63,250 nucleotides of DNA, filler included, from Octopus bimaculoides (GCF_001194135.2; 5 parts of 4 records of this genome joined end to end with filler, not necessarily neighbours in it); one strand, 5' to 3'. Counted from the whole stretch's first letter, positions 37,986-53,565 are shown. The notes: generated from the sequence alone by a model not told the origin. Program-made: numbers and translations.

Positions 37986-40524
37986 TATGAAGGGTATTGG
38001 ATTCAACCAAACCCACTTTCTTTATACATATATATACACACACACACACACGCACATATAACATATATATATACATATATGCACACACATATACAATCTA
38101 CATGCACAGATGCACTTGTATGGATGTATGCATGTATGGATGTATGTATGTCTGTATGCTTGTGTGTGTGAGTGTATGTGCAAATTTTATTTAGTGATTA
38201 ATTTCCAGATGTAATTCTCTTTCTAATTGAATGCATTCCCAAGAAATTTATTTTCTTAACAAAATTCGATAAATATCCTTTATAGTATGTTCTTAAAATG
38301 AAACTCACAAGAATACAAATGTATATGTATATTATCATCATCATCCTTCTTCTTCTTCTTCTTCTATTATTATTATTATTATTATTATTATTATCATTAT
38401 TAAGGTGGCAAGGTGGTAGAATTGTTAGTATGCCGGGCGAAATGCTCCACAGTATTTCACCTGTTGCTTCATTCCGAGTTCAAATTCTGCCAAAGTCGAC
38501 TTTGCTTTTCATCCTTCCCTGGTCAATAAAATAAGTATCCATCGAAGACTGGTGTCGATGTAATCAGCTCATCCCCTCCCCCAAATTGTTGCCCTTGTGG
38601 CAAAATTTGAAACCACTAAAGTCTCACTTTAGTGGTTTCAAATCCTTGGTTCAATCCTACTGTGTGACACCTAGGGTGAATATATTTTTAATAGCTCAAT
38701 GTTGATTCTTCAGTTCATAAGTTCTTGTTCATCCTAGAGCTTTGAAAGAAGATTCTTAGCAAGAGTGTTGCATAACGGGACTGAACTCAAAGCCATGTGG
38801 TTGTAAAATGAACTTCTTAACCACACAGCCATGTCTATATATATATGTACTCTCTCTCTCTCACACACACACAAATATGTGTGTATGTGCACACATATAC
38901 GCACTTACATATATGCATGCATGCATACATACATACACATATACATACATATATGCATACATATATGCATACATACATATGTCTATGTGTGTTTTGTTAG
39001 TAGCTGAAGTAAGGTAATATAATTTGATTTAGGTGGTCTAAACACATAAGTATGTGAGTTGTACCTTGATTTAAATCTGTAGGAGGTCATGTCAATGGAA
39101 GCTTAACTGTTAAGTACTGGTATTGACTCTGCACTTGCAGGTAATGTCCTTAGCAAATCAGTTTTTATTCATTGTTACTCAATGTCTTATAATACTTTTT
39201 TTGTATAATGTGAAATGTAAGATTTATCTGTGTTAATAAATATACAATGATATCAATGCAGATAAAATTAATCAAAATAGCTATGTTATGCATTTCCTTA
39301 GGCAGAAAAGTGAGGTTGTCCTGATGAGATTCAAGTCAATCTAGATGTCATCAGAAAAGAAATAAGCCTATTCCTTCTACAGTGAAATTTGGCTGTTATT
39401 TCTTGCATTTGTTGCTACTAGTGTTGTTTCTATTACTCTCTCGTATCAGATCAGGCCTGACTCTTCTGACCTCTGTTCAGACACATTGCAGCCTTAACCA
39501 TCCTCATTTTTATTCTAATTTTGATAATCTTAAACTACATTATCAAATACATCCTGCTACTTCTTTTTAAAGACCATTTGGTGTTTTTTCTGTGAATTTA
39601 ACTGCTGTTTTTAGCAGATCAATCTTCGGATTCTATAACTTTATGATAGAAAAATGTTCTTGTGTTAATACATAATTATTGAACCAAATACATGCTCTGC
39701 CACTCTCATGCTTACATACACAAAAATATATATGGAAACAGCATTCATAGATAAGCGTGCACATGTGCATACACACACACGTGCATATATGTGTGTGTAT
39801 ATATGTATGTGTGTATATAATACATCTATTTACAAATGCATGTTACATGTATGTTGCATATGCATGTATGTAGATGTGTATATATTTATATGTATTCATA
39901 TATATATATAAGTATATGTGTGTGTACGTGTGTGTGTGTATGCATGTATGTTAGTATGTATATGTGCATGTGTGTGTATCTGTATATATGTACATAAACT
40001 CACTTGCACACCTATTCTCCAGTTAAGGTAATTGGATGTGATAATTATATTATATATCACCTGAGTTTATTATGACAGAATAAGAGTTGAGGTAGGAATA
40101 TTACAGTAATATATATTCTCAGGTGTGGTGGTAGTGGCGGCAGTGGTGGCGATGGTGGTGAGGGGTGTGCATGTGGTGCTGGTGCTAGTTCTGAGAGGTT
40201 ATGGTGTTTCTTGTACTGGAAATGATGTTCGTGGTAGCGTTGATTGCGGTATACAGCATGGTTGCTATGGTGAGGATCACAGTGATGATGTTTGGCAATT
40301 AAGTGGTGGTCATAAAGTTTTTAGGTGACTGTGGTGACGGGNNNNNNNNNNGTGCTGGTGGTATTGGTGGTAATAGGTGTGATAGTGGAGGTGTTGTGAA
40401 AAGGGTGATGGTGGTGGTGTTTGTGGCGGTTGTGGTCGTGGTTATTGGTGGTGGTATGTGTTGTAGTAGATGTGGATGTTGATGGCAGTTGTCATGGTGA
40501 TAATCCTATGGTAGCGAATTACAG

Positions 40525-40774
40525 GTGAGAAAGGAAGAATGGGAAATGCAGAGAAGGATTAGGAGTGTGAGAGAGGAACAGATGAGAGAGAGAGAGGGAA
40601 GGGGAGGGAGAAAAAGTGAGAGGGAGAGGGGGAGAGAGAGAGAAAGAAAGAGAGAGAAGAGGGAGATAGAGAGAGAAAGAAATAAGGAAAGAGAGAGAGG
40701 GAGAGAGAAAGAAAGAGAAAGAGAAAGAAAGTGGGTGAGAGAGACAGCGAGAAAGAGAAGGAAAGAAAGCGAGA

Positions 40775-40806
<32 letters not shown>

Positions 40807-40930
40807 CAGAGAAAAAGAAAGAAATAGAAAGAGAAAGAGAAAGAAAGAAATAGAAAGAGGAGGAAAGAAAGTGGGAGAGAGAGAAAGATAGAGAGACAGA
40901 GAGAAAGAAAGAGAGAGAGAGAGAGAGAGG
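40525..40930. repeat. polypurine (GA/GAAA)n tract
   Basis: Almost exclusively A/G on the plus strand. Confidence 0.95.
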
Positions 40931-42712
40931 TGTTTGAACTTAGGATCTGAGAGAGATGAAGCTCTGTTTTATTCAGCACTCTATGGCTTGTAGCACCATA
41001 CTATTTCTAATATAGCAGAAGGCCTGAANNNNNNNNNNNNNNNNNNNNNNNNNNNNNNNNNNNNNNNNNNNNNNNNNNNNNNNNNNNNNNNNNNNNNNNN
41101 NNNNNNNNNNNNNNNNNNNNNNNNNNNNNNNNNNNNNNNNNNNNNNNNNNNNNNNNNNNNNNNNNNNNNNNNNNNNNNNNNNNNNNNNNNNNNNNNNNNN
41201 NNNNNCTGCAAAGAATTTGACCTGACTCTAAAAATTCTACCTTTCTTCTTCTTTAACCTCTGAAAGGGGTCTAGAACCAGCATGATGCGGCGGGAGCAAA
41301 CCAACATATGCTGTTGGGCCCCACTGCTGATATCGGGGGTTGTGTTCTGTCCTATGCGTTGACCTAAGCATAGAACGGGGGCTTGCTTCTTTGAGCTGGG
41401 AAATGAATGGAATAATGCTTGGTGCGTGCCTTGTTGTGGCTATCCACTCCTAAAAAAAATGAGGAATAGGCCTGGATATATAAAATAAAATTATCGTGAT
41501 GGCACCTGTGCCCAGCATCGCCTTCCTGGCACTCGTGCCAGTGGCATGTGTAAAGACATTCGAGCAAAATCGTACCAATGCCACTGGACTGGCTCCTGTG
41601 CAGGTGGCACATAAAATACACCATTTTGAGCGTAGCTGTTGCCAGTACCACCTGACTGGCCTTCGTGCCGGTGGCACATAAAAAGCACCCACTACACTCT
41701 CGGAGTGGTTGGCATTAGGAGGGGCATCCAGCTGTAGAAACTCTGCCAAATCAGATTGGAGCCTGGTGTAGCCATCTGGTTCACCAGTCCTCAGTCAAAT
41801 CGTCCAACCCATGCTAGCATGGAAAGCGGACGTTAAACGATGATGATGATGATGATGATGAACACCGAGCTTGAAGAAATGTTATTAAGCTCCTTGTCTG
41901 GAGTGCTAAGAATTCTGCTAGTTCACCACCTTGGCATCTCGTTAATAATGACAAAGTTATCTTGTGGAATTTTTTCTTTCTGATGTTAAAATTAATTGGA
42001 ATAAAATTGGTGTATTTTAACAGAACTATAGTTATCAGAAAGGGTTAATGGTATTTCAGAATGCATATGGTTCCTTCATTGCTTTTGAAGATATGTATGT
42101 GACAACAGAAGTATCCTGACGGCAAAGATGGAGAAGACGAAAAATTTTAATGATTTTAACTATAACAAGAATACTATAACGAATGGGTAATGGAGATAAC
42201 GATGATGAAAACAATGATAATGATACGGATGTTGGTGACAACGACGACGACGATGACAATTACGATGATGATGATGATGATGAAGAAGATGATGATGAAG
42301 ATGATGATGATGATGACGAAGATGATGTTGGTGACGAAGATGATGATGATGATGATGAGAATGATGGTGATGACAAAGATGATGACGATGATAATAACAT
42401 TGATGATGATGATGATGGAGAAGAGGAGGAAGGGGGAGTAGAGAAAATTGGTGATGATTACAGTGATGTTAGTAATTACAGATTATTTAATTATTATTTG
42501 CTTTAAATCTTCCACTAATTAAACTTTAATTATTTAAAAACAACAACAACAGCAACAACAACACTGGAACTTTATTATTTCTGTTGCTGTACTTATTGTT
42601 ATTTTCATATTATTATATACTGACTTTGTTATTGTTGTTGTTATTGAGTTTGTTGCATAGATATCTATCTATCTATCTATCTCTCCGTCATACACACACA
42701 CACACACACACA

Positions 42713-42745
<33 letters not shown>

Positions 42746-43451
42746 GCTTAGTCTTCCTGTTTCCTTCTTGCACCTTCATCTCCTCCCTTTCAACACTGAC
42801 ACACTGAACACCCACCTGTCCTAACCTGTCCTCCTTCCTCAAACCCCCACCTAACGAAAGTAATTAGCAATCAATATAGGTATGATAACGAGCAAAAGGG
42901 AAATAGCGAAGAAGCAGTAATATGTATGGTTTCAAATATATGAAGTGGAAGTTTTCTATGGAGAATTGTTACAGATAGCAGTGAGTATGACAAGGACAAT
43001 ATATCATGTATGGATGTATATATGGAAGTATGGATGTATGGAGGAATGAATGATGAATGAGCTAAAGCAATAAAAGACTTAATAAAAGGGCAAGATAGCA
43101 CAAAGTTATTATTGGTTTCATGCTTGGAAAGAAAAAGGAACGAGGTTTGATATTTTGAACATTAAGTCCTTTATCAAAAAAAAAAAAGAGGAAAGAAAAA
43201 GAAAGGAGTGATGGCAGGGAGGGAAGGAGAGAACCACACACACATATATAAATAGACAGACAGATATGTATATGTGCATGTGGAGGGCTTCTTTCAGTTT
43301 CTATCTACCTAATCCACTCACAAGGCTTTGGTCAGTCCAAGGCTATGTCGAAAACACTTACCTAAGGTGGCATGCAGTGGGAGTGAACCTGGAACTCTGT
43401 GATTGCAGAACAAAACTTCTTACCACACAGCCATACCTGTGCCTATCTATA

Positions 43452-43508
<57 letters not shown>

Positions 43509-43602
43509 TTTGCCAAACCGCTAAGTTACAGGGACGTAAACACACCAGCATCGGTTGTTAAGTGATGTTGGGGGAGGGACAAACACAGACACACAAACAT
43601 AT

Positions 43603-43656
<54 letters not shown>

Positions 43657-43936
43657 GCACATATACGACAGGCTTCTTCCAGTTTCAGTTTACCAAATCC
43701 CTGCACAAGTCCTTGACAAGCCCGAGGCTATAGTAGAAGACACTTGCCCAAGGTGCCATGCAGTGGGGCTGAACCCGGAACCATGTGGTTAGTAAGCAAG
43801 CTACCTACCACACAAATGCATAAACACAGCCTAAAAGATTGCTTTATGATACAAGGCATGTTTTCTAAATATGCTTGATCAAGTATCATAATAACATGAA
43901 GTTATTAGTAACTCTTTCGGTTGTGTATTTAAATGG

Positions 43937-43967
<31 letters not shown>

Positions 43968-44089
43968 GAGAGATATAGATAGATAGATAGATAAATAGAT
44001 GTATACACATAATCTAAATAAGAAGACAAAGAAAGAGTTAACCACCTCTTTAATGACCAATTACAGCTGTTTCTGCACCACTCCATATG

Positions 44090-44500
44090 AAAGATGATGT
44101 AATATTTGCCGTTTTAAACACTAGCATAGCACATCATCAGTCTTACATCATATGGTGTGCTCTTAAACTGTGGTACTTTCCCATATGGCTATTAGTGCCA
44201 TGTACATTAAGTAATGTATTCTTTAACCTCTTTGACTGCCTGGAGCTGATAGTAATTTGGCGTCACTGCATCAAAAGCATCTTTGTTTGAAGATAGGCTC
44301 AACATCCTCTTACTGACGCATTTTGCAAAGATTTTAAAGACTATTGGTGGGGGCAGGAGACTGTGTTGATGCACATCAGCCCTTCATTAGGTTTGCAGTG
44401 GGAACTGTATGAACTTGTATGTAAATTAAGTGTAATGACTAAGAAATATAGCTTGGTAAGTTTGGTCTCTGTGGTGGCCTTAACCCATTACCTACCAGTG
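44090..44500 (-). mobile_element. Penelope-like element RT C-terminal remnant
   Basis: YFLVITLNLHTSSYSSHCKPNEGLMCINTVSCPH..VSKRMLSLSSNKDAFDAVTPNY resembles the PLE motif FLDVTL.L..G.Y.PY.KPN..P.YIN..SNHP..RLS..SS...F. Confidence 0.6.
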
Positions 44501-44894
44501 ATCTCATATGAGATAACTTAAAAATTAAAAATTTCATAATTATCTGTTAATATTTACACATATCTAACCTTTTTGCTATATCTTCTAGGTATATTTCTCT
44601 GATATTCAAATGAGGTTTGCTAATTTTTCACCCAATATCTTGCTTATTTCTATTTAAAATGTTATTTTGATCATTCCAGCGTGTTTCTAAGGCTGTTTTA
44701 TGCTAGAAATCAAAGTTTTATTAAAAAATTCAGTTAATAGAATTATGGGAGGCAATGGGTTAAATTTCTTTCTTTCTCTTTCCCTCTACTTACCAATGTT
44801 TCTATCTATCGATATATTAATACAAATATCTGTTAAATACACACATACACAGATAGATAAATATGTGGTACCAGCACCAATGCTTTTAACTGGT

Positions 44895-45182
44895 GCTGTT
44901 GTTGTTCGTTCCATCGGAACGACAAGGACCATCTGATCATCCTAGAGAGAGCTGGGGAGGTTATCATCGGAGATGGCTGATAAGCCCAATCTGCGCTTGG
45001 AAAGATCTGCTGCAGTAGGGACAGGGAATGGTAGCAGGTGCCGGGGGCTTCAAAGCATTGTTCTTTCTGTTCAGCCTGCGCTTCTCTACAGCAGCTTCCC
45101 TGTCACTTTCATATTGGCTGGCACCGTTGTGAACAGCGGCCCGCCACTTGGGCCCTATCTAAAGCTGTCTGCTCCCATGATG
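44895..45182 (-). mobile_element. RTE-clade LINE 3' end with C-terminal Zn-finger-like motif
   Basis: SWEQTALDRA/KWRAAVHNGASQYESDREAAVEKRRLNRKNNALKPPAPATIPCPYCSRSFQAQIGLISHLR* (one +1 frameshift), short 3' UTR, (AAC)n tail. Confidence 0.85.
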
Positions 45183-47207
45183 TATAGGTGTATAGGGGGC
45201 TCTGGGTAGAGGTAGTACTTTTCGATTCCTGGCTGCTGCACCCAATAGGGTGGACGGGGTCACTGGTCCTCACTCATCCCCTAAATCTCTCATATGTTAG
45301 CTCCAACAGCTATACCCTGGGTACTGGCCTCAGCAGGCTTGCCAAACCATGTAACTGGTGCTACTGCTATGTAAAAAGCACCCAGTACACTCTGTAGAAT
45401 ATTTGGAACTAGGAAGTGTATCGAGCCATAGAAACAATGGTAGAAAAAGCCAATGGAGCCTGGTACAGCCCTCCAGCCTTACCAGCTCCGGTCAAACCAT
45501 CTAACTCATCATGCCAGCATGGAGAGCAGATGTTAACTGATGATGATGATGATGATATATACAATAATAAAAGGAAAATGGAGATTTCAAATTGATGTAT
45601 GTTAATCTATTAACATAATTTTATATTATTACTATAACATAAAAATAAACATAATGCTTACAACTGTATAAATTCAAACCCAAATATATTATGTATAAGT
45701 ATCTTGCAATTTTTCTATTTCTTTCGAACATATAGATACTTACACATAATTTATTTACATGAGTTTATTTCCTTTTTAAAAAAGCTAAGTAACTTTTGAT
45801 TGAATGACTATAATATAATTTATAAAATTCATTATAATATTATCTAGTGTCGACATGGTTTCGATAAAAGATATTTTCTTGGAAAAATTTTTTTGTGTAT
45901 GGTGTAATTCTCTTAATAGTATACAAGTGAAAGTCAATATTTACTATTCTACAATATATTAATAATGAATTATATCTGTTTTAAAATACTAACGTACAGA
46001 AATATAGAGAAATATACTTAAATTAATAATCTTAAATATGCATGCACATATTTTATAACCTTTATATTAGTTTTTATTTTACTTAATTTCATTTTAATTT
46101 ATTTATTATTTTTTAGAAGTAAATTATTGATACTCACACTCACAAACATAGATATATATTGAGTCTGTCTGTTTTACGATTTAAGACTTCTCATGTGATT
46201 TTCGTCCTGTTACCCTGATGAGATTGTTACCCGAAATATTATGAATTTGTTGTTGGTTTTGGGGTTTGAATTGAAACAATTGTAGAGATTATATTTATTT
46301 CTACATTATAATGATAATATAATATTACGTTAATAAATTAACATATGACAATTTGAGCTCTCCAGCTTCCTTTTATTATAGTATATTGTGTATATGTACC
46401 CATTTATATTGGAGAAATTTTTCTACTATGTATTATATATTGGGTATTGAACAGTTAGCCAGTGAAAATAGGATGTTTTACATCCCTATATGAGGAGCAT
46501 GTCTCCTTGCATTGGATATATATANNNNNNNNNNNNNNNNNNNNNNNNNNNNNNNNNNNNNNNNNNNNNNNNNNNNNNNNNNNNNNNNNNNNNNNNNNNN
46601 NNNNNNNNNNNNNNNNNNNNNNNNNNNNNNNNNNNNNNNNNNNNNNNNNNNNNNNNNNNNNNNNNNNNNNNNNNNNNNNNNNNNNNNNNNNNNNNNNNNN
46701 NNNNNNNNNNNNNNNNNNNNNNNNNNNNNNNNNNNNNNNNNNNNNNNNNNNNNNNNNNNNNNNNNNNNNNNNNNNNNNNNNNNNNNNNNNNNNNNNNNNN
46801 NNNNNNNNNNNNNNNNNNNNNNNNNNNNNNNNNNNNNNNNNNNNNNNNNNNNNNNNNNNNNNNNNNNNNNNNNNNNNNNNNNNNNNNNNNNNNNNNNNNN
46901 NNNNNNNNNNNNNNNNNNNNNNNNNNNNNNNNNNNNNNNNNNNNNNNNNNNNNNNNNNNNNNNNNNNNNNNNNNNNNNNNNNNNNNNNNNNNNNNNNNNN
47001 NNNNNNNNNNNNNNNNNNNNNNNNNNNNNNNNNNNNNNNNNNNNNNNNNNNNNNNNNNNNNNNNNNNNNNNNNNNNNNNNNNNNNNNNNNNNNNNNNNNN
47101 NNNNNNNNNNNNNNNNNNNNNNNNNNNNNNNNNNNNNNNNNNNNNNNNNNNNNNNNNNNNNNNNNNNNNNNNNNNNNNNNNNNNNNNNNNNNNNNNNNNN
47201 NNNNNNN

Positions 47208-47254
<47 letters not shown>

Positions 47255-47943
47255 GTGTGTGTATGCATGTGTATAAATATATATACGTTTTAAGAACCAT
47301 AAAGATCAGAACTTATCTACAGCTCTTGGTGGTCCAAATCAGATATGCAATCTATGTGGGTGTCTTTTCAATACAATGTCTGGTTTAAAAAGCCACATCA
47401 GATGCCATGATGGATCTAAGGTGTAGGTACAGGAGGTGGTCAGACTCTGCAGAAAGAGTAGACAACCACCATATATATATATATATATATATTTAGATAT
47501 ATGTATATGTTTATATTTAGATATATGTTTTACCCTTTAATTTTTATTTGTATCAGTCATCAGACTGTGGCCATACTGGGGCAATGCCTTGAAATATTTA
47601 AGTTGAATGAATCGAGCCCAGTAGTTACTTTTTAAGCCTAGTACTTATTCTATCAGTCATTTTTGACAGACCACTAAGTTTTGGGAATATAAACTTACCT
47701 ACACCGGTTGTCAAGTAGTGATGTGTGGATATAAACACAGACACAAAGATACGCAAACACACACACACACACACATATATATAAATGATGGGCTTCTTTC
47801 AGTTTCCATCTACCAAATCCACTGACAAGTCTTTGGTTGGCCTGATGCTATAGTAAAAACACTTGCCCAAAGTGCCACACAGTGGGACTGAGCCTGGAAC
47901 CATGTGGCTGGGAAGCAAGCTACTTACCACACAGCCACTTCTG

Positions 47944-48005
<62 letters not shown>

Positions 48006-49552
48006 NNNNNNNNNNATATACACGTACACACATATATATATACACATACACACATACATATATATATATATACACGCATATATATATATATACACGCATA
48101 TATCATAAATATGTGTTTGTGTGTGCATTTATATCCATATCTGTGTTCATCTACATCTACATATGTATCCATATATGCATGCCTACATATACACACACAC
48201 ACACACATGAACATACATAAATACATACAAGCCTCATAGTAACTGCCAAGCATCATAGCTTTCATTCGAGTACAGAGTACATTAAACAAACATAAAATTT
48301 TCACAATGCCTTCTAATACAAAGGCTTACCTGACCAACATGGGACATGAAAGGGGGACAACAGAATACTAAATAGCAAAAGGCAGCATTATTCAAAGAAC
48401 ACCTCATCATGGATAGAACAGAGGCGTGTGGAAGAATGGTTTAAGCTTAGATCTAAGAATAAATCACAGTCTCCCAGTTATTGTGTATGTGTTTTTATTT
48501 TATATCATATATTTGGTAAATGGTAGTTCTGTAAGGTTATAGGTTTCTTGTATTGGTTGTATGTGTTATAGGACAATAGATGATATATGCATATATATGT
48601 ATATACTTCAGTACACACACACACACATACGCACACACACACACACACGCACACACACACACACACGCACACACACACACACACACACAAGTGTGTATGT
48701 ATATATATATATGAATATATGTATGCACTTATATGTAAATATATGCACGCATATGCATATTATATATATATATATATATATACGTATAGTCTTTTACTCT
48801 TTTACTTGTTTCAGTCATTTGACTGCGGGCATGCTGGAGCACCGCCTTTCAGTTGAGCAAGTTGACCCCAGGACTTAGTCTTTGTAAACCTGGTACTTAT
48901 GTACTTATTGTATCGGTCTCTTTTAATGAACCGCTAAGTTACGCAGACGTAAACACACCAGCATCGGTTGTCAAGTGATGCTGGGGGGACAAACACAGAC
49001 ACACAAACACACACACACACACACATATATATACTTATATACACATTTATATATATATATATATATATATTTATACACACACACACACACATACACACTA
49101 TGTACGCATAATTGTACATATATATATGTATATGTAGGTATATATGTATATACATATATGTCTGTGTATATATATGTATAAATAAACACACACACACACA
49201 CATATATATATATGCATACATACATACATACATGCACACACACGCACACACAAATACATGTACACATGCAGATGCGCATGCACACTGACACACGTATGTG
49301 TGAGGTCATAGCAATTTAGAAAGTTCAAGGTTGTAAACTGATCATTTTTGGAAATGATGAATCTCGAAGTTGATAAAGCTACAAATACCCTTGTAAATAT
49401 TGGTCAAGCTCTAGAATTTTCTACCCGAAGAATTTCTTTTCTCTGAAAATAAATTCTGCAGTGTTTGCCTTTCTATGCCTGAGTGTACAGAAACGTGTTA
49501 AATATGATTGTACACACCCTTATATAAATACACATTTACCCACCTTTCCACA

Positions 49553-49692
49553 CTCTCAAATCATCAATCACTTCTCCACTCGCTCAAATCACCAATCACT
49601 TCTTCACCCTCACACATCATCAATCACTTCTTCACTCTCACAAATCATCAATCACTTCCCCATCCTCTCAAATCAAAAATCATTTCTCCACC
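49553..49692. repeat. 28-bp minisatellite, 5 copies
   Basis: TCATCAATCACTTC core at 49561, 49589, 49617, 49645, 49673. Confidence 0.9.
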
Positions 49693-51173
49693 CTTATAAA
49701 TACAACCTTAGTTAAGAGTGTGTTTCCTTTTCCGCTTTTTCTTTTTCTTGCTTTTCACCATCTTGTAAGTTACTTGAGAACCTCATTTATGTGAGAGGCA
49801 TGAAAAAGCCAGCCAATATTCAATTTAAAAGTGGTTGGTGTTAGAAAGGGTATCCAACCATAGAAACCATGTCAAAGCTAACATGGATCATGATGCAACC
49901 CTGTAGATCATCAGGAAAGGTTTGATCCAACCCATGCCAGAATAAAAAAACAGATGTTAAATGATTATGACAATGATGTAATGATATATATATTTACAAA
50001 GATATATGTGTATGTGTGTGAACATGTGTGTGTTTGGATGTATTGCTACATGTATGTATGTATAGTCATATGTATATATGCAAATTTTCTGCAGGACATA
50101 TAGTCCCTGTAGTCCTCCTCCTCCCACAAAGCTGACCTAACAGACCCTGCAAAGCAAGGCCTATGTTTACATCTGCTTTTCTAAAGCAGGATTGCTTAGT
50201 CAAAGGCAGAATCATGTTTCTAATGACACTGATAAGCATTATAATACCCTGACTGACTTTCCATGTGGCAGTCATAACAAAATCTGTTGTCACGAAGGTA
50301 GTTTAAAACACAATGGCACTCGATTGGACAAAGGCCACTGGATAAGATGAAATGTCCAACTTGCAAGTATGAGTTGCAAGTTGCTGGTTGAACTAGAGAC
50401 TCATCTCATAAGTGACCAGCATCAACCAAACAAATGCAAAAAGATGCTGCCAGTGTCCCCTAAATGGACTTAGCTCGTTCCACAGTTCATTTCCAACATG
50501 TATATAATTGTGTAGTTCTATTTCAAAAAAATATTGATTTCAAATTTTGGAATAAGGCCATCGATTTCTTGGAGTGGGGGGCAAGTCGGTTACATCGACC
50601 CCAGTATTTGACTGGTAATTATTTTATTGATCCCAAAAGGATGTAAAGCGAAGTTGACTTTGGTGGAATTTGAACTCAGGATGTAAAGATGGACAAAGCG
50701 TCACTAAGCATTTAGTTCACCATGCTGATGATCGTGTTGGCTTGCTGCTGCCTGAAGCAGATCTATACTAATAAGATAATGTGGTATTCATGCCTTTCTC
50801 AAAGAAGGAAATACTCTGTGTGTAAAAGAGAGTCAAAAGAGTTTCGTTTCAAATGAAAAACTGGAAAAGAAACAACGAAAAAAATCCATAAGAAAAAATT
50901 GAGTTTGGCTCTCATGGGTGGTGGGAGGGACACTTGAGTATTGTTTTGAGTGAGAACCCTGCAAGCTGGAGACTACTATTGATAGACAACATTTGATGTG
51001 AAGAACTTGTTACTTAAAAAGAAGAGAACACTCAAAAAGAAAGTATGAAGTGCTGGAATAAATTAGATGATTGATTAAATGTCATGTGTTGAAAAGGTGA
51101 CTTCAAAAGATGCCATCAATGTTGTCCATTTCCTGGCAGAATACCTCTTAATAATACACTTATATATTCATTC

Positions 51174-51208
<35 letters not shown>

Positions 51209-51284
51209 TGTGTGTGTGTGTGTGTGTGTGTNNNNNNNNNNNNNNNNNNNNNNNNNNNNNNNNNNNNNNNNNNNNNNNNNNNNN

Positions 51285-51336
<52 letters not shown>

Positions 51337-51348
51337 TATTATATCTTT

Positions 51349-51384
<36 letters not shown>

Positions 51385-51498
51385 GCATATAAATATACAT
51401 GTATATTTATAAATGCATGTATTTACATGCACATATACATGTGATATCATATATACACCTGTATGTACTATATACTTAAAAATATATACATACATATT

Positions 51499-51554
<56 letters not shown>

Positions 51555-51792
51555 TACACACACATATGTGTATATACATTAATAGACACAGTTATACACA
51601 CACATGCATGCACACATGCTCACAATTACTTACTGAGGTATATATATGCATATATATACACAACACACATACATTCTGACATATACAAAATATTTACGAC
51701 TATGAACAAGATGGTAAAAATCGTGACCAGAAATTTATCATTACAATAAAGAAAAATAAAGAACATATTAATAATCCTTATTGTCACTAATC

Positions 51793-51823
<31 letters not shown>

Positions 51824-52037
51824 TAATAATTTAAATGATAATGTTATCATTATTATTATTGTTATTATCAACATCATCATCATCACTATCATCTTCATTA
51901 TCATCATTGCTTTTGTTATTGCTGTTGTTCTACCTAATATTATATATGTACACTTACACACACACAAATACACATATGTGTATAAGTATTGATATATATA
52001 TATATATAAATACATATACATACATACATACATACAT

Positions 52038-52128
<91 letters not shown>

Positions 52129-53328
52129 CATGCATATATATATATATATATATAAATATATATACATACATACATATACATGCACACACACACATACATA
52201 CACACACACATATATATAACTTTTATTCCCTTTTTCTTAAGTAAAGAAGTGGAGATTGGAATAAAGCCAAGCCAGAAGAACTGTCTCAGAGCTCAGTATT
52301 CTCAATGTTCTTGCTCTCACTTGGCGCTACTTGAAAAAAAAGAAAAGAAAAGAAAAGAAGTATATATAATCTGAAGGAGAACGGCTGTTAAGAAGTTCGG
52401 AGTTTGTCCCGTTTTTCTTTTGAAGTTTACCTCTGTGATGATAATTAGTATTCCAGTCTATTGTTGGCATTATAATTTATGACAGTTCTTTGATGAATGA
52501 ACAATCTTTCACAGACTAAATTCTTACTTGCCACCACCACCACCACCACCACCACCACCACCGGCACTGCCGCCACTACCTAATCTTCCAGCCTCAACAT
52601 AATATCGTCGATTTAGTAGATGCAGCTATCACAGTTTCAGTAATATAAATAAATGAAGGAAGGAAGGAAGGAATGAAGGAATGCAAGTATTTGAAAATAC
52701 TATGGAGTGTTTTGGTGTTTTTAGTTGTTTTATTTTCTTGATAAATGGCTTTGACCCAAATACTTAATTTGTACACAATATATGTACTTTGCAAGATTTA
52801 TAGAGGAATCCATTGATTCATTCACATTTATGTCAATTTTACCATTTTACCAGTATGAGTTAGATGAATATATAATTGAGTTACTGATTTCTTGCTGGAT
52901 ATTCTTGCCCTCACCAAACTTTGTGGTGTGTTTTGCAAGTAAGAGATATCTTGTGCCATGAGCCTTTGAAAGTGTAAAGCCAGTGGATGACCTGGTGACA
53001 GGGGAAATGTCAACAATCTCACCACCTGCAGCTGAACGAATTGCCAGCGATGCATAAGTGCAAACAAAAGAGAAAACCAGATTGGTATTTAAATGAAAGA
53101 ATAATATAGACGCCTTTTACATGACACCACAACATTGGTGCTGCTTACATGGCACCAGCACAGGTGATTTTTACATGGTGCCAACTTGATTGCTGTTGCT
53201 GCTTTGTGTAGAAATCTTGGCAAGTGGAGTCACAATCACCACCATGATAACAAAGACAAACAATGGTTTTAATTTTTGGAGCCCTTTATTTTCTACTCGT
53301 ACGTAGAAAATAAATATATAGCTCATCA

Positions 53329-53565
53329 GTGCCCTACCAGCATGTGCAATTAGAAAATGCAGGCTCATCTGACAACATAGATGTTAGGATCTTATTGATA
53401 TATAGAAGAGACACGACACTCAGACAGGTTACAGAGGCCAAACACATAATAGAAGATGGACCGAGCCTCAATAGGAAACATGAATGGAATACTAACACCT
53501 GTTCCCACTACTCCACCACACTACAAAACCTGAGAACTAAAGACAGAATGAGGAAATATAAATAA
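53329..53565 (+). mobile_element. Penelope-like GIY-YIG endonuclease C-terminal remnant
   Basis: NIDVRILLIYRRDTTLRQVTEAKHIIEDGPSLNRKHEW fits the PLE pattern IL..R.I.EA..I....PSLN.K.E. Confidence 0.6.

Noticed and set aside
39318-39355. CCTGATGA-GATT-CAAGTC-AATC hammerhead-like motif
   Set aside because: GAAA box absent and no identifiable Penelope ORF adjacent.
42183-42506. Acidic poly-Asp ORF (107 aa)
   Set aside because: (GAT)n-derived tract with no complexity or gene context.
46195-46235. CTGATGA-GATTGTTACCC-GAAA hammerhead-like core
   Set aside because: Both core boxes present, but helix II is 1 bp and no helix I partner exists downstream of a plausible NUH site.
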